This document shows positions 11,301 through 18,829 of a DNA stretch of 58,231 nt, piece by piece. Each line of letters opens with the position of its first letter. Position 1 is the first letter of the stretch. A program made the translations under genes and the position numbers. Source of the stretch: an uncultured Anaerolineae bacterium (lineage in GTDB: Bacteria > Chloroflexota > Anaerolineae > VGOG01); contig CAYWWC010000001.1 of assembly GCA_964461615.1 (NCBI GenBank), forward strand, positions 1 to 58,231, read 5' to 3'. The notes beneath the pieces were generated by a model. The model was not told where the DNA came from. It made no database searches and saw nothing but the letters and a program-made list of their open reading frames with translations.

Positions 11301-11646
11301 CACTCTTCCCGCTGAGGTCGTTTACGTCCCCGGCTCGGCCTGGGCGGGCAGCGGCGGGCCAGCCGTCTACCATGCCGTGGAGGAGGGCTTCCCGCACCCA
11401 TCGCTCACCTGGAGCGGGCGAGTGCCCGTCAGCGCCATGGCCACCGTCCGCTTCGCAGTGCAGGCCACAGGCCGTGGAGGAGGACTTCCCGCGCCCATCA
11501 CCAACAGAGTGCTTCTCGACGACGGAGCGGGCAACGTGATTGAGAGGCGTGTGACGACGGGGGGCGAGGAGCACAGGCTCTTCTTGCCTCTCCTTATGCA
11601 TCCGTGGGAATTCAGCGTACAGCCCTTCGGCAAGCCATCGTGGTGA
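5395..11646 (+). CDS. Secreted S8 (subtilisin-family) serine protease fused to CarboxypepD_reg-like, DUF11-type and NIDO-like beta-sandwich modules; FLPLLMH motif near the C-terminus
   Basis: SD AAGGAG lies 6 nt before the ATG. Signal peptide is MTLRKWFGSIILVILPLLLIPSPIAA. Catalytic motifs NMDTGAD, HGTHTMGT and GTSMATPHVAG are present. Repeated modules follow the pattern LTYT..N.G....V.L.D.IP..T.YVPGS.TGG. Confidence 0.9.
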   Translation: MTLRKWFGSIILVILPLLLIPSPIAADPSSEPPSLQKIPLALRVKIEPLVLKELDSGEKTTYLVHLTQQADLAPAQRIQGKLTRRQAVVSSLQAVAERSQRGIRAYLDGQQASGHVEGYIPFWVFNGLAVTGDLETLLALAARPEVDAIRANHTHQLPNPPSPFLSPLWEGGEEEGGVEWNIAQVRADQVWSDFGITGRGVVAANMDTGADWTHPALQGKYRGADGNHDYNWFDFTDTYPIAPDDGYDHGTHTMGTIVGDDGGANQIGMAPGAQWIAVKVFDDYGVTDDVKIHQGFQWMLAPTDLNGENPDPSQAPDVVSNSWGSTNGADPTFWPDVAAWRAAGIFPVFAAGNEGEMGDGSVDSPGSFPHAVAVGATDSEDAIAYFSSRGPSFWEETKPDVSAPGVDIRSSVPGGGYATSAGTSMATPHVAGLAALLLEAASLTGADPTLTLDDLENFMKYTALDLGESGPDNDYGAGRIDAYDAVRWALGAGKLYGTVTASNAMGEGLLGLGEGLPTEPPRAGIPGATVSGVSRTGDVPTELAFVATADATGTYAVSVPGGFYDVTASAFGYLSATVQGVEVVTGYMSMRDLALKPAPTGTLSGRVTEGGTGEPLAATIRALDTPAWTTADAASSHVRSGAFGNGFYSLALPVGSYTVEASVRGHQIQRAVVSIAEGTVTSQDFALPLAPSLLLVDADAWLGENVTLYYQYALDEAGYLYDTRLITDTIYMPTAEELGAYDVVIWAHPWRSPGYIGADQALMDYLDSGGQLLIAGQDIGYWDDYQEYALSFYTNYLHANFVGESQTLEPLIGADILEGLTLTLNDTYTYKNTGFCTLFGCFYPDEIEPADDAVGGGLPAPILAYPDGSIRGIKAESPPYRVIYFGFGLESVGPRDALAQTMERAITWLTLPSLTKTVDREEVVPGEVLTYTLTLNNIGATDLPGVSLTDPIPEHTTYVPNSATGGATYNPDLDHIQWSGALPATTQMTFTFQAVVEEPLAGGTVITNTATLDDGQAHTLQASATTTVMGPDLTSSTKTTDKALALAGDTLTYAITLMNTGSLSATGVSLVDPIPENTIYVPGSVTGGAVYNAALDRIEWTGDVSARSQQEEGSYIWTDSDTPGGPVYDWMDITGTGAPITGLGDDTNAGPFPIGFSFPFYGNEFTQFYLSTNGFLSLSPISGRNFSNLALPAPLAPGNLLAPFWDDLNFSTSGEAYYWSGVLSDSTELAEVLSKGNSADALVISYVEAPRYGDGGPYTFQVILRADGSITYQYQSMTELLDNATIGVQNADGAQGLTIAHNQTYVHDELAVLISPPPPPVPPPSITFQVKIDESLPANTVITNTAFIIVTIEDTGLSHQRKATTIVNAVDLTGSTKTADPAVVASGDVLTYTVVLRNTGSGDAQVSVTDPLPEHTTYVPESATGGAMYNPALDQIEWTGAVSAQAERAFSFQVSLESPLPTGLVVTNTAAIDDGLHRPFTRTVAATVQSSDLGTSVKTVDKAIALAGDTLTYAIALKNTGSINATGVSLVDPIPAHTAYVPGSVTGGAVYNAALAQIEWTGAVPIERGYTWTDSDQPAGPTYAWVDIAGSPPHDIGTPITNLGDDANVGPFSIGFPFPFYGNSFTTFRVCSNGFLSLTSSATSYSNSPLPSGEEPFNLIAPFWDDLTLSSSGEAYYWSNNQDTLVVSYVGVPRYASGGPYTFQVILRADGSITYQYQSMVARLDEATIGIQSADGAQGLTVAYNESYVHDGLAVLISPPSSSRAIAFQVKIADLLPTETIITNAAIIDDGRGATYERQATTWVNTIELEGSTKNVDKNVAVPGEALTYTLTLRNVGTADAADVAVVDPIPAHAVYQPGSATGGAIYDDVANRILWSGAVPSGSQASFSFAVRTVPPLSNGIVVVNTATIDDGVHLPFTRVATTTITAPDLSPSEKRVSSTTVSPGQVLTYTILVKNGGSGPAMVALTDTLPAEVVYVPGSAWAGSGGPAVYHAVEEGFPHPSLTWSGRVPVSAMATVRFAVQATGRGGGLPAPITNRVLLDDGAGNVIERRVTTGGEEHRLFLPLLMHPWEFSVQPFGKPSW
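8488..11200 (+). repeat. Tandem intragenic duplication of a ~1380-bp (460-aa) module (DUF11 - NIDO-like - DUF11) inside the S8 protease gene
   Basis: 8488-8700 and 9868-10080 are near-identical at the DNA level (GACACCCTGACCTACGCC...GTCACCGGCGGGGCGGTCTACAACGCGGCCC). The rest aligns at the protein level (FPFYGN.FT.F..S.NGFLSL, PYTFQVILRADGSITYQYQSM in both copies). The end coordinate is approximate. Confidence 0.7.
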
Positions 11647-11883
11647 GCCTGTCGCTTGCCCTGAGCGCCGCTTCGCTTACGGCCGAAGTGAACCATCAGG
11701 ACGCAGCTTCCCGCACCGTGAGACCTTTGATCACAACCGAGCCGCTTTCTCCCACTCCGCCTCGGTCAGAGACCCTGCACTGTCCGCCCTGTACTGACCG
11801 TACAGGACAGGGTCCAAGACAAGCGCCTTCAGCAAATGAGAACGGGGGAACTTGAGTTAGTTTAGTTAGGAGGTAACAGACCC

Positions 11884-12177
11884 ATGAAGCTGATCCAGGC
11901 CATCGTTCATAACGACGATGCCGATGCTGTCGTCAAAACTCTGCTCGCCCAGGGTTTCAGAGCCACGCGCATGGGAAGCACCGGCGGCTTCCTGCGAGCG
12001 GGTAACACGACCATTGTGAGCGGCGTCGAGGAAGGGCAAGTTGATGAGGTGCTGAATATCATCAAACAGAATGTCAAGTCTCGCCTGTACACACCAGCAT
12101 ACCCCCAAGCGGAGAAAGTGGAGGTTAGCGGAGCCATCGTCTTCGTGATAGAGGTGGAGAAGCTGGAGAGGCTGTAA
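11884..12177 (+). CDS. darA: PII-like cyclic-di-AMP receptor (DarA/PstA, YaaQ/DUF970 family)
   Basis: 97 aa with SD GGAGG upstream. MKLIQAIVHNDDADAVVKTL..FRATRMGSTGGFLRAGNTTI matches my recollection of B. subtilis YaaQ/DarA (MKLIVAVVQD..FRVTKLATTGGFLKSGNTT). Confidence 0.75.
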   Translation: MKLIQAIVHNDDADAVVKTLLAQGFRATRMGSTGGFLRAGNTTIVSGVEEGQVDEVLNIIKQNVKSRLYTPAYPQAEKVEVSGAIVFVIEVEKLERL

Positions 12178-12245
12178 AGCAGCGGGGCTGCTCAGCCTGT
12201 CAGCTAACTGCGTTGGCATTGGACGGGACAACATTGGCTGGGTAC

Positions 12246-12380
12246 GGCCGCATCATCGCGATCGGCGCGTCTGGAGCGGCCGGCAGGTTAAGAGCATGGC
12301 TGCTGGGCAATGTGACCCGACAAGTCGTGGAACACGCCTTGTGCTCTGTACTGGTGGTCAGGCGAAGGAGCGCCCGCTAG
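12246..12380 (+). pseudogene. C-terminal remnant of a universal stress protein (UspA-family) gene
   Basis: The frame reads GRIIAIGASGAAGRLRAWLLGNVTRQVVEHALCSVLVVRRRSAR*. This is the characteristic USP C-terminal block (G..G......LGS.....V.....CPVLVV). No ATG, SD or N-terminal ~100 aa of the domain is present. Confidence 0.5.
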
Positions 12381-12384
12381 GTAG

Positions 12385-12529
12385 CTTGACAATGTCAGAT
12401 TTGCCCAAAAGAATGAGCTGATGTTCGTAGTCAGGCACGAAACGGAGTGGAGTGCCGTCAAATGCGGGGCGAACGCCACTCCGCTAACGCTTCGTCGCTG
12501 ACTACGAACGAAATGTGACATTGTCAAAG
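12385..12529. other. ~145-nt rod-like imperfect palindrome (structured leader RNA or MITE-like element)
   Basis: Outer arms are CTTGACAATGTCAGATTT (12385-12402) and AAATGTGACATTGTCAAAG (12511-12529). There is a perfect 12-bp pair GTTCGTAGTCAG (12423-12434) with CTGACTACGAAC (12498-12509). The inner pair is CGGAGTGG (12443-12450) with CCACTCCG (12476-12483). Confidence 0.6.
12386..12414 (+). promoter_or_regulatory. Sigma-70-like promoter candidate upstream of the SLC13/RCK_C transporter gene
   Basis: TTGACA (12386-12391), a 17-nt spacer, then AAGAAT (12409-12414). Confidence 0.35.
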
Positions 12530-12588
12530 TAGGAAGGAACGCGGCTCGCCCGAGGAACAGTGAGCGAGACTACTCGACAAGGGGACCG

Positions 12589-14937
12589 ATGACACCCGAA
12601 ATCACTCTCACACTGGCCATCCTGGCCGTTGCGGTTGTGCTCTTCATCACCGAGCGGCTGCGGATGGACACAGTGGCTCTGATGGTGCTGATCAGCCTGG
12701 CCCTGACGGGCCTGGTCACCCCATCCGAGGCATTATCAGGCTTCAGCAACCCGGCTGTGATTACTGTCTGGGCGATGTTTGTTCTCAGCGGGGGGCTGTC
12801 CAGAACCGGCGTGGCGAATCTGATCGGCCGCCAGGTGTTGCGTCTGGCTGGTCAGGGCGAGGGTCGGCTGGTAGTGGTGATTATGCTGACCGGCGGTGCA
12901 ATGTCGGCCTTCATGAACAACGTTGCCGTGACGGCGATGATGCTGCCAGTGGTCGTGGACATCGCCCGACGTACGGGCCGGCCACCCTCAAAGCTCCTGA
13001 TACCCCTCGCCTTTGGCTCGCTGCTGGGTGGGCTGAACACCCTCATCGGGACACCGCCCAATCTCTTGGTCAGTATGGCCCTGCGCGACTATGGTCTGCG
13101 CCCCTTCCAACTGTTCGATTACACTCCGGTCGGTCTAGCGGTTATGCTGGCCGGCGTGGCCTATATGGTCCTGGTGGGACGACACCTCTTACCGAAGCGA
13201 GAATTGGCCCGAGAGTCTCCGGGCCTGGACCTGGCGGACTTGAGACAATTCTACGACCTGCGCGAGCGGCTGTTTGTCATGCGTGTGCCGCGCGATTCAG
13301 TGCTGGCCGGCAAGACCCTGGTCGAGAGCCGACTTGGCGCAGCCTTGGGCCTGAACGTCATTGGCATCGTCCGCAACAGCCAAACCCTCCTGTCGCCAGG
13401 GCCGGATGAAGTGGTTCGCGCTGGCGACAGATTGCTGGTCGAGGGGCGCAGCTACAGTTTCACCGAACTTGGCAGGGGACAAAATCTGATCGTCGAAACC
13501 GACGGCCTGAGCGTCGAAAACCTGATTTCGGCAGAAATTGACATCGTTGAGGTCGGTCTCTCGTCCCGTTCAGAACTGCTGGGCCGGACGCTACGCCAGA
13601 TTGACTTTCGTCGCCGCTTTGGGGCCAACGTCTTAGCCGTCTGGCGCGACGGCGTGCTGAGGCGAACAAACTTGCAAGACATACGCCTACACCGAGGTGA
13701 CACGCTTCTGTGCCAGGGTCACCAGGTGCAGATTGACTTGATGAAGGCCGATCCTGGCCTTCTCGTATCCGACACTGAGGCATCCGAGGTCTACCGGTTA
13801 CACGAGCGGTTGTTCGCCGTGCGCGTGCCAGAAGATTCGGCGGTGGTTGGCAAGACGTTGACGGAGAGTCGGCTAGGGGATGCTTTTGGGCTGACGGTGC
13901 TGGGTATTAATCGCGAGGGCACGATCCAACTGGTACCTGGGCCGGAGGAGCGACTCGAAACCGGAGACACGCTACTGGTCGAGGGCAACATAGAAGACCT
14001 GCGTACGATGCGCGGCCTGCAGAATCTAGAAATAGAGCGCCAGTCACCGCCCGAACTCCGTGACCTGGAATCGGAGCGCGTCGGCTTGATGGAAGCTGTG
14101 CTCTCCCCTCACACGACCCTGGTCGGCAAGACACTGCGCCAACTCGGCTTCCGCGAAAAGTACGGCTTGAGCGTACTAGCCATCTGGCGTCAAGGTCGGG
14201 CCTATCGCTCTGACCTGCGCGACTGGGCCTTGCGTTTTGGCGATGCTCTTCTGCTCTACGGCCCGCGCGAGAAGCTGAAAATGCTGGGCCGCGAACAAGA
14301 TTTCCTGGTGCTGGCTGAGGAGGCGCAGGAAGCGCCACGGTTGAACAAAGCCCCGTTGGCCGTGCTGGTGATGGGAGCTATCTTGCTGTCGGTTGCTCTC
14401 GGCTGGCTACCTATCTCCATTGCCGCCGTTGCGGGGGCCACGCTAATGGTCCTGACCGGCTGCCTGAATATGGAGGAAGCCTATCGCTTCATCGAATGGA
14501 AGGCCGTCTTTCTCATCGCTGGCATGCTACCTCTGGGCATCGCTATGGAGCAGAGCGGCGCCGCGCGCTTCCTGGCTGAAAGCATGATGGCCGCGGTAGG
14601 CAGATTTGGGCCGATGGCAGTGCTGGCTGGTCTGTTTGCCGTGACCGCCCTGGCTGCCCAGGTTATCCCTACCCACGCCGTAGCTGTGCTGATGGCGCCC
14701 CTTGCTTTCAACATCGCCAGTGCCCAGGGCATTTCCCCGTACGCTTTGGCGATGGTGGTGGCTTTTTCTACCTCCGCCAGCTTTTTGCTACCGGTCGGTC
14801 ACCCGGCCAACGTGTTGATCATGGGGCCTGGCGGTTATCGCTTTGCCGACTACGCCAAAGTAGGGATTCCGCTGACCCTGGTGGTACTGCTGGTGGTGTT
14901 GTTGGTGATACCCCACTTTTGGCCCCTTTTCCCATAG
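12589..14937 (+). CDS. SLC13/DASS-type anion permease with four central TrkA-C (RCK_C) domains
   Basis: 782 aa with N- and C-terminal polytopic membrane halves. Four repeats follow the pattern ..GKTL.ES.LG..FGL.V.GI.R.G......P....L..GD.LLVEG, typical of RCK_C. Confidence 0.85.
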   Translation: MTPEITLTLAILAVAVVLFITERLRMDTVALMVLISLALTGLVTPSEALSGFSNPAVITVWAMFVLSGGLSRTGVANLIGRQVLRLAGQGEGRLVVVIMLTGGAMSAFMNNVAVTAMMLPVVVDIARRTGRPPSKLLIPLAFGSLLGGLNTLIGTPPNLLVSMALRDYGLRPFQLFDYTPVGLAVMLAGVAYMVLVGRHLLPKRELARESPGLDLADLRQFYDLRERLFVMRVPRDSVLAGKTLVESRLGAALGLNVIGIVRNSQTLLSPGPDEVVRAGDRLLVEGRSYSFTELGRGQNLIVETDGLSVENLISAEIDIVEVGLSSRSELLGRTLRQIDFRRRFGANVLAVWRDGVLRRTNLQDIRLHRGDTLLCQGHQVQIDLMKADPGLLVSDTEASEVYRLHERLFAVRVPEDSAVVGKTLTESRLGDAFGLTVLGINREGTIQLVPGPEERLETGDTLLVEGNIEDLRTMRGLQNLEIERQSPPELRDLESERVGLMEAVLSPHTTLVGKTLRQLGFREKYGLSVLAIWRQGRAYRSDLRDWALRFGDALLLYGPREKLKMLGREQDFLVLAEEAQEAPRLNKAPLAVLVMGAILLSVALGWLPISIAAVAGATLMVLTGCLNMEEAYRFIEWKAVFLIAGMLPLGIAMEQSGAARFLAESMMAAVGRFGPMAVLAGLFAVTALAAQVIPTHAVAVLMAPLAFNIASAQGISPYALAMVVAFSTSASFLLPVGHPANVLIMGPGGYRFADYAKVGIPLTLVVLLVVLLVIPHFWPLFP

Positions 14938-14993
14938 AATAGAGATGGCGTGCGTGCGAAATGCGCCGGGCGCCCGTTGTATCTTCTCAAAAA

Positions 14994-15048
14994 GTAGGGG
15001 CGAACCTGCGTGTTCGTCCCTGGGGCAGACACACGGGTCTGCCCCTAC
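14994..15048. repeat. REP-like double-hairpin element (GTAGGGGCGAAC..GTTCG / GGGGCAGAC..GTCTGCCCCTAC)
   Basis: Outer stem is GTAGGGG (14994-15000) with CCCCTAC (15042-15048). Inner hairpins are CGAAC-ctgcgt-GTTCG and GGGGCAGAC-acac-GGGTCTGCCCC. It lies between two genes and produces the spurious peptides VGANLRVRPWGRHTGLPLP. Confidence 0.7.
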
Positions 15049-15106
15049 CCCGGAATATTGAGAAGATACGTCCGTTCAAGTGCGTGAAACGAGGAGGTTT
15101 ACCCCA

Positions 15107-17368
15107 ATGGCAAAAAAACAACTGGTTCGCACCCTGGGCCTTCCCCAGATCCTGATGCTGGGCATCGGCGGCACGATGGGCGCTGGCGTGTTCGTGCTCA
15201 CCGGCCACGCAGCGGGGATGGTTGGCCCAGCGGTAATCCTGGTGTTCTTGCTGGCCGGCCTGCAGTCTTTGCCCAATTCCCTGTCCTACGCCGAGCTGGC
15301 CTCCAGCTTCCCCATCGCTGGCGGCGGCTACGCCTACATCAGCAAGGCGACGAAGGGACTGCTGCCCTTCACCGTGGGATGGGTGAGCTGGTTCAGCAGC
15401 ATGGTCTACGCCGCCCTGTCAGCGGTGGGGGCCGCGTATTCCCTCAAGATCTTTCTGCCCGCTCTGCCTGTTCCTCCGACAGCCATGGCCTTCATCGCCA
15501 TCTTCGTCCTCATCAGCCTGCGGGGCAGCGAGGAGGCCGGGCGCACCCAGGTCATCCTGGCCGGCGTCCTGCTGACATCTCTGGCTCTCTTCGTGATCCT
15601 GGGGCTGGTGCTGCCCGGTGGCTTCTCTTGGACCACGTTCTACGGCGACGGCGGCTTCTTCATCCACGAAGGGATGCTCGAAAACATGGCCAGGGTCTTC
15701 CAGGCTATCACGCTGGTCAACGTCCTGTTCGTAGGCTACGAGGTGATCGCCACCACTGCCGAGGAAGCCAAGGATCCGGGCCGCAATATCCCTATCGCAG
15801 TGGTGGGTACGATCTTTATCTGCGCCGCTGTTTACTGCACGGTCGCCTTCGTCGCCCTGGGCACTGCCTCGGCCGGAGCGCTGGGGGCCTCCTCCACCCC
15901 ATTGTCCGTGTCCGCCTCTCGCTTCCTGGGCAGTTGGGGCGCGCCGCTGCTGGGCCTGGCCGGGATGATCGCCACCATCACCTCGCTGAACACGGCGCTG
16001 CTCAGTTCGGCAAGGGTGGCTCTGGCTCTGAGCCGCGACGGCTACCTGCCAGCTTTCCTCTCGCGCGTCCATCCTCGCCTCAAAACGCCCCTGCCCGCTA
16101 TCCTGGCCAGTGGGGCGCTCATCGCCCTGGCCGCCATCTCAGGCGACGAGGTGTTCCTGAGTTACGTCTCCAACTTCGGCTACATGTTCGTGGTCTTCTT
16201 TACCAACGTCTCGGTGATCTTGCTGCGGCGCAAGTTCCCCGACCACCATCGTCCCTTCCGCACCCCCTGGTACCCCGTGACGCCGATCCTGGGCTGTGTG
16301 GGCATCATCATCGTGGAGGTATTCACAGAGCTCCACGCGCTGGTGGTGGGAATCGGTTTGATCGCTGTGGGGCTGGTTGTCTATCAGTTGCGCCGGCCGG
16401 TGGGACGGGTGGTGGAGGTCGCGGCCCAAACGGTGGAAGCGGCTCACCACGAGATTCTGGTGTCGGTGGCCAACCCCCTGACGGCCAGGAGCCTGATCAA
16501 CATGGCCGTCATCCTGGGCCGGGTGCGACAGGAATCAACCCTCGCCGCTCTGTCTGTGGTCAAGATGCCAGGAGCGACTCCGTTGGAGTTGGCTCAGGAA
16601 GTTCTGGATAGGCAGGAGAACGCGCGTAAGGCGCTGCTCAAACGAGTGGCGGACTATGCCCACGAACAGGGTGTGCCCGTGCGCACCCTGCTGCGGGCGG
16701 CGCGAGGCATCTCGTCTGGCATCCTGGGCGTGGCCGAGGCTCGCGGCGGCGTGGGGCTGATCCTGATGGGCTGGCGCGGTCAGTTGACAACGCAGCGGGT
16801 GGCGGGGAGCGTGGTCAAGGATGTGGTGTACGGCGCGGGGTGCGACGTTGCCGTGCTACGCGACCGGGGAGTGGGAGAGCGAGACATCAAGCGCGTGCTC
16901 GTCCCGGTCGGCGGCGGCCCCCACGCCCGTCTGGCCTTGCAATTGGCCTGGGACATCGCCAAAGCCGGGGGAGGCTCCCTGACGGCGCTACGCATTATTT
17001 CGGAAACGGGCGAGGTGGACATGGAAGTGGAAATGGACGTGCTACACCAGGCGGCGGAGGATGAGCTAGGAGGGGTTCCAGAAGAGGTCACCTTCCGTTT
17101 GAAGCGCAGCGATTCTGTTGTAGAAGGTATCTTGGCGGAGGCGTCTGCCCAGATAGCAGAACATCCGGACGCGGATAGAAAACATCCGTACGATTTGATC
17201 GCCATCGGGGCCTCGGAGGAATGGTTCCTGAAGAACCGGCTCTTTGGCTCCATCCCTGATCGAATAGCAGATGGAGCGCCCTGCTCGGTGCTCATGGTGC
17301 GCAAGCACGAGCCATCGGCGGTCTCCTGGCTGCGCCGGACCCTGAAGCGCGTAGGCGAGCGATTCTAG
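15107..17368 (+). CDS. APC-superfamily amino acid/polyamine permease fused to two C-terminal universal stress protein domains
   Basis: ATG at 15107 sits 9 nt after SD GAGGAGG, so it is preferred over the track start at 15080. About 12 TM helices begin GIGGTMGAGVFVLTG. The C-terminal half contains two USP-like blocks (ILVSVANP.., VLVPVGGGPHA.., CSVLMVR). Confidence 0.85.
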   Translation: MAKKQLVRTLGLPQILMLGIGGTMGAGVFVLTGHAAGMVGPAVILVFLLAGLQSLPNSLSYAELASSFPIAGGGYAYISKATKGLLPFTVGWVSWFSSMVYAALSAVGAAYSLKIFLPALPVPPTAMAFIAIFVLISLRGSEEAGRTQVILAGVLLTSLALFVILGLVLPGGFSWTTFYGDGGFFIHEGMLENMARVFQAITLVNVLFVGYEVIATTAEEAKDPGRNIPIAVVGTIFICAAVYCTVAFVALGTASAGALGASSTPLSVSASRFLGSWGAPLLGLAGMIATITSLNTALLSSARVALALSRDGYLPAFLSRVHPRLKTPLPAILASGALIALAAISGDEVFLSYVSNFGYMFVVFFTNVSVILLRRKFPDHHRPFRTPWYPVTPILGCVGIIIVEVFTELHALVVGIGLIAVGLVVYQLRRPVGRVVEVAAQTVEAAHHEILVSVANPLTARSLINMAVILGRVRQESTLAALSVVKMPGATPLELAQEVLDRQENARKALLKRVADYAHEQGVPVRTLLRAARGISSGILGVAEARGGVGLILMGWRGQLTTQRVAGSVVKDVVYGAGCDVAVLRDRGVGERDIKRVLVPVGGGPHARLALQLAWDIAKAGGGSLTALRIISETGEVDMEVEMDVLHQAAEDELGGVPEEVTFRLKRSDSVVEGILAEASAQIAEHPDADRKHPYDLIAIGASEEWFLKNRLFGSIPDRIADGAPCSVLMVRKHEPSAVSWLRRTLKRVGERF

Positions 17369-17373
17369 AGTGG

Positions 17374-17412
17374 AACACAGATTTCCGCAGATTTAATCCA
17401 CTGATCTGTGTT
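17374..17412. repeat. Hairpin / REP-like element immediately after the permease stop codon
   Basis: AACACAGAT (17374-17382) pairs with ATCTGTGTT (17404-17412). The neighbouring ATCTGTGAAAATCCGCG resembles the ATCCGTT-type repeats at 56330-56370. Confidence 0.5.
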
Positions 17413-17454
17413 TATCTGTGAAAATCCGCGTCCTAAATTCGGAGGCAGTTACTT

Positions 17455-18750
17455 TTGAGTGAGCTGTTAACACGGTTGCTCAACAGAAAAAACACAGCGG
17501 TCATCCTGGCAGTTCTGTTGATTCTGCTGGCGTTATCCGCCGCTTCGCTAACAACCCAATATTCAATATCCCGTACCCTGCTGAACTGGACGGGAGAGGA
17601 GGACCTCCTGCCCCAAATAAGGGGGGTGTTCCAACTTACCTCCAACCTGACCCGACCGCAGCCAGTGACCAAACCTCACGTCCCCGTGTCCCACGCCGGC
17701 GTTTGTCCCTTCGGCATCAACGTGTTTCTGGAGCAGGAAGTAGAGCCAGAGAAGCGAGAGCGCGCCTTGCAGATGATCAGCGAGGCTGGCTTCAAGTGGA
17801 TCCGCCAGGAGTTCCCCTGGGAGGACATCGAAATCCACGGCCAGGGCGATTTCGAGGACCGTCGCCACGAGCCCTACCGCTCGGCCTGGGCCAAGTATGA
17901 CAACATCGTGGAACTGGCCGAGAAGTACGATGTTTCGATCATCGCCCGTCTGAGTAACCCTCCGGCCTGGTCGCGGGCAGCGGGCGACGAGATCGGCGCC
18001 TACGCCCCGCCCGACGACTACGCTGATTTCGGCGACTTCGTCCACGCCGTGGCAAGCCGCTACCAAGGCCGCATCAAGTATTACCAGATATGGAACGAGC
18101 CTAACATCTACCCTGAGTGGGGCGAGCAGCCGGTTGATCCCAAAGCCTACACCGAGCTGCTCAAGATCGGTTACACCCGAGCCAAGGGAGCCGACCCCGA
18201 TTGCGTGATCATCAGCGGGGCGCTGGCCTCCACCATTGAACTAGGCCCCCGCAATCTGAACGATTTCATCTTCCTGCAGCGGATGTACGATGCCGGGGCC
18301 GGGGACTACTTCGACATCCTGGCCATGCAGGGCTATGGCCTGTGGTCGGGCCCCTACGACCGGCGGATGCGGCCTCGGGTCATAAACTTCTCCCGCCCCC
18401 TCTACATCCGCGACATCATGGTCAAAAATGGCGACGAGAACAAGTCCATCTGGATCTCCGAGATGAACTGGAACGCCGTCCCCGCCGACTTCCCCGCCAA
18501 ACCCTACGGCTACGTTACCGAGGAGCAGCAGGCCCGCTACGTCGTTGAGGCATACAAGCGGGCCCAGGCAGAGTGGCCCTGGGTGGGCGTGGTCAACTCC
18601 TGGTTCTTCAAGCGCCCCTCCGATGCTGAGAAAGACCAGCCCTGGTACTACTTCCGCATGGTCGAGCCTGATTTCACGCCGCTGCCTGTCTACGACGCCG
18701 TGAAGGAGTATGCACGCCAATCGCCGGTACCAGGGACAAATTGCGAGTGA
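17455..18750 (+). CDS. Membrane-anchored clan GH-A (GH5/GH39-like) glycoside hydrolase
   Basis: TTG start lies 9 nt after GGAGG, followed by an N-terminal TM helix. QIWNEPN (acid/base Glu) and WISEMNW (nucleophile Glu) are the hallmark motifs of TIM-barrel GH-A enzymes. Confidence 0.75.
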   Translation: MSELLTRLLNRKNTAVILAVLLILLALSAASLTTQYSISRTLLNWTGEEDLLPQIRGVFQLTSNLTRPQPVTKPHVPVSHAGVCPFGINVFLEQEVEPEKRERALQMISEAGFKWIRQEFPWEDIEIHGQGDFEDRRHEPYRSAWAKYDNIVELAEKYDVSIIARLSNPPAWSRAAGDEIGAYAPPDDYADFGDFVHAVASRYQGRIKYYQIWNEPNIYPEWGEQPVDPKAYTELLKIGYTRAKGADPDCVIISGALASTIELGPRNLNDFIFLQRMYDAGAGDYFDILAMQGYGLWSGPYDRRMRPRVINFSRPLYIRDIMVKNGDENKSIWISEMNWNAVPADFPAKPYGYVTEEQQARYVVEAYKRAQAEWPWVGVVNSWFFKRPSDAEKDQPWYYFRMVEPDFTPLPVYDAVKEYARQSPVPGTNCE

Positions 18751-18800
18751 TCACGGTGAGCGTCGGGAGCAGATCACTGAGAATCGGCCGGCCAAAGCAC

Positions 18801-18829
18801 TTGACGGCGCTGGTCTCCTGTGGTATACT
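18801..18829 (+). promoter_or_regulatory. Near-consensus sigma-70 promoter
   Basis: TTGACG (18801-18806), a 17-nt spacer, then TATACT (18824-18829). Confidence 0.5.

Noticed and set aside
11604-11855. 83-aa ORF downstream of the S8 gene, and the nested hairpin GACCCTG..CCTGTAC-tgacc-GTACAGG..CAGGGTC near 11775-11815.
   Set aside because: The ORF has no SD and overlaps the end of the protease gene. The hairpin lacks a U-tract, so I cannot call it a terminator with confidence.
12385-12529. ydaO-type c-di-AMP riboswitch assignment for the palindromic leader. Also the 79-aa minus-strand ORF at 12288-12527 that spans it.
   Set aside because: Only loose resemblance was found (one GCGGGG, one CCGCUAAC). 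The element is a simple rod, not the pseudo-two-fold ydaO architecture, and I cannot run a covariance model. The ORF is an artefact of the palindrome and USP remnant.
14961-15208. Short ORFs across the intergenic REP element (VGANLRVRPWGRHTGLPLP and GRGRPVCLPQGRTRRFAPT).
   Set aside because: These are translations of a palindromic repeat in both orientations, with no SD, lying between a stop codon and the next gene's SD.
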